Origin: Zootoca vivipara
Taxonomy: Eukaryota
Assembly: GCF_963506605.1 (NCBI RefSeq)
Contig: NC_083283.1
Span: forward strand, 39,680,001-39,744,000
Reading direction: 5' to 3'
Length of the DNA: 64,000 nucleotides
The translations under genes and the position numbers were made by a program. This document shows, piece by piece, positions 61,879 to 64,000 of the stretch (position 1 is its first letter; every line of letters starts with the position of its first letter). Under the pieces are notes generated by a model, which saw only the letters and a program-made list of their open reading frames with translations, ran no database searches and was not told where the DNA came from.

Positions 61879-64000
61879 GTTATTGTTAATTATGGTTTTC
61901 AAGTACATGATCAAGTGCATGATGCTGCTAACTGATTGAATAGAGGATAAGCTATCTCTCTAGAATTGCAGCTGTGGGGTGGGGGGGGGGTGGGGGTGCG
62001 CACACACTTCCCTCTATTCACTTTCTCTGATTTCTGTCACTGGCCCCTTTCCAGAAGTTAACAGCCAGAAGCTGTGCAGCTTCTAAGAGGGGGGGGGGAG
62101 ATACGTAAATCTCCTAATTACTCAAGATGTAAGATGTTAAATGTTACTCACCCTTATATGAACAATAGACAATTGCCCTTTACAATCATAGTTTCATCTA
62201 CCTGTTCAATATGTTTTCCTGTAATTTGGTAGTAAAATAGATGCCTAACCTTAACCAACCTTCAGGCTTGAATCCAATACGTCATTTCCTGGAAGTAAGC
62301 CTCACTGAACACAATAGGATGTAGTAATGAGTGGCTAAACATAGGACTGTATTTCATGAGCCAACTAGTAGTTTGTGATTTTTAACATTCATTTTTTCCG
62401 CCGGACTCTTTTTGTCTGGAATGCAAAAATATACACATGCATTGAAAATAAAATAAAACAATACTGTCAGTCACTGATATGTCAAAATGTGTCTCCTCTG
62501 CCCCTCCCATATCTCTGTCTTGCATAATAAGGGCAACTGTATCAAATTCTTCTGTATTGATGTCTAATTTGTAACATCTTTTGACATCCAAATGTCTGAG
62601 AATAGACTCTCGGCTTTGACACTGAGGGTCATTAATAGCTGTGTGTCAAAGGCAGGTCGAACAGATATAGCTTTCCACATAAAAGTTAAGTTGTGATGGG
62701 AGAATCTGTAAACTATACAGATTCTCCTTGCTGTTAAAGGCATAAGCATGAAGTTGAGACAGACCTGGGTGCTTTTGTTGATTTGGGTAAGATCTCAGAT
62801 CCTGCTTCACCAAGCATAGAGTTATCCTTTATGCTCAACTTGAGGCTGCCTCCAAAAACAGTTTACCTGCGTTTCTTTCTCCTGACATCGTCCTTGTCCT
62901 GACAACATTGTGCTGTGTCTTTCTCTGTCCTAGCTCTACATCACTGGCTATGGCCAGCAGAGCTGGAACAGTACGTACAATGTGATCATTTTACAATGAG
63001 AGAAAAGTGACCCTACACATCATGGAAGAAGAACCCATTTTCAGCGGCATTCTCATATTAACCATAGCATATAACTCTGCACTAAGATCCCTTCATTTCC
63101 TGAGATGCTCAGTGTTTGGCTACTCTGACAATGCACTGTGATGTTTGGCATTCCTATTCATTTGCTCGTTCCCCATCCATCTGTCATAATTAGCCAGCCT
63201 GGGTTAAAAGAAGAAGCTATGTCCCTTTACCCATAAAAATGGAGTTCTCTGCATTCAATTTAAGTGGAAGTCTAGTAGTTCACTATAGCCTACCCTCCCA
63301 CCTTCCAAGATAATCCAGTCAATGTGAGTTTATAAATGATGCAGCAGGTGAAGAATGGGGAGAGGGTTCTTTCTGCCTGCACAGGAAGGACTGTATTTGC
63401 AGTTTTCTCTTTGCACACCAAGCCCACTGGAAACTAAGCATAGACCCTGAGATCCCGGTTCCAATTCCTCCTTTTTCCTTCATCACTAGTGAAGAACAGT
63501 AGATCAAAAACAGCCACTGGCAATCGCTCCTGCTAAGGTGAAGTCAACCAACTGCTCAACTGGCTGAATTTAAAAGTTGAGAAATGTACACTGTCCCTAA
63601 CAGAGCATTGGCTGCTGCTGTCCAAGCTCAATCCACTGATAACACGATGGGTGGTTTGATCTCCGATTTTAAGGAAGCTGATGCAATGCTTCAGAATTAA
63701 AAGAGCAGCCTGATGGTCCATGAAAACGTTTCCTTCTCCAGCTTTCCGAATGAAAAGAGAGATCTGATTTCCCCTCTGATTTCCTCTCAACTGTGATCTT
63801 TTTCCTTCACCCTACTTCACCTTTCTGGCACTATGGTATGTATCTCTGGCCATCTTCATACAAACTCACCCCACTCAGGCAACAAGAGTCATGCTAATAC
63901 CATTTCAAAACCATGTAATGACATGCCTTGCACCCAGTGCCCGATGCTATTCGTTTTAGCCTAGCCACTTGGCTGACATGTCAAAACATTATGATTTATA

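Noticed and set aside
63319-63790. Minus-strand ORFs near the window end as possible SNAI2 or other exons
   Set aside because: No SNAG domain, zinc fingers or other recognisable motif, and no convincing splice structure.

Overview
Vertebrate nuclear DNA from a squamate reptile, most likely a lacertid lizard (inferred from the repeat content: Sauria SINE, Bov-B, Squam3/MIR-type SINE, tRNA-SINEs with CR1 tails, L2, Penelope). One host gene is supported: PPDPFL (C8orf22-type) on the minus strand, with 4 coding exons (4670-4616, 3922-3830, 3598-3499, 2264-2252; 86 aa), a non-coding first exon and a TATA/CpG-island promoter at about 5.8-6.5 kb. The remaining ~57 kb upstream has no recognisable host exons. 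It is a mosaic of truncated LINEs, SINEs, hAT and Tc1/mariner-pogo MITEs, a hAT transposase fossil, a probable solo LTR and microsatellites, with TE-poor blocks between them. If human synteny holds, this is the PPDPFL-SNAI2 intergenic interval. Almost all listed ORFs are retroelement fragments or chance ORFs. I see no evidence for a new multi-gene system. The most notable structures are a TSD-flanked Penelope insertion reduced to a fold-back carrying an intact minimal hammerhead ribozyme motif, a 1.6-kb TSD-flanked hAT element carrying composite cargo with a ~110-bp GC-rich hairpin, SINEs with different tRNA heads on the same CR1 tail, and an unexplained AT-rich inverted repeat at ~59 kb. Family names are from recall of consensus sequences, not from database searches.
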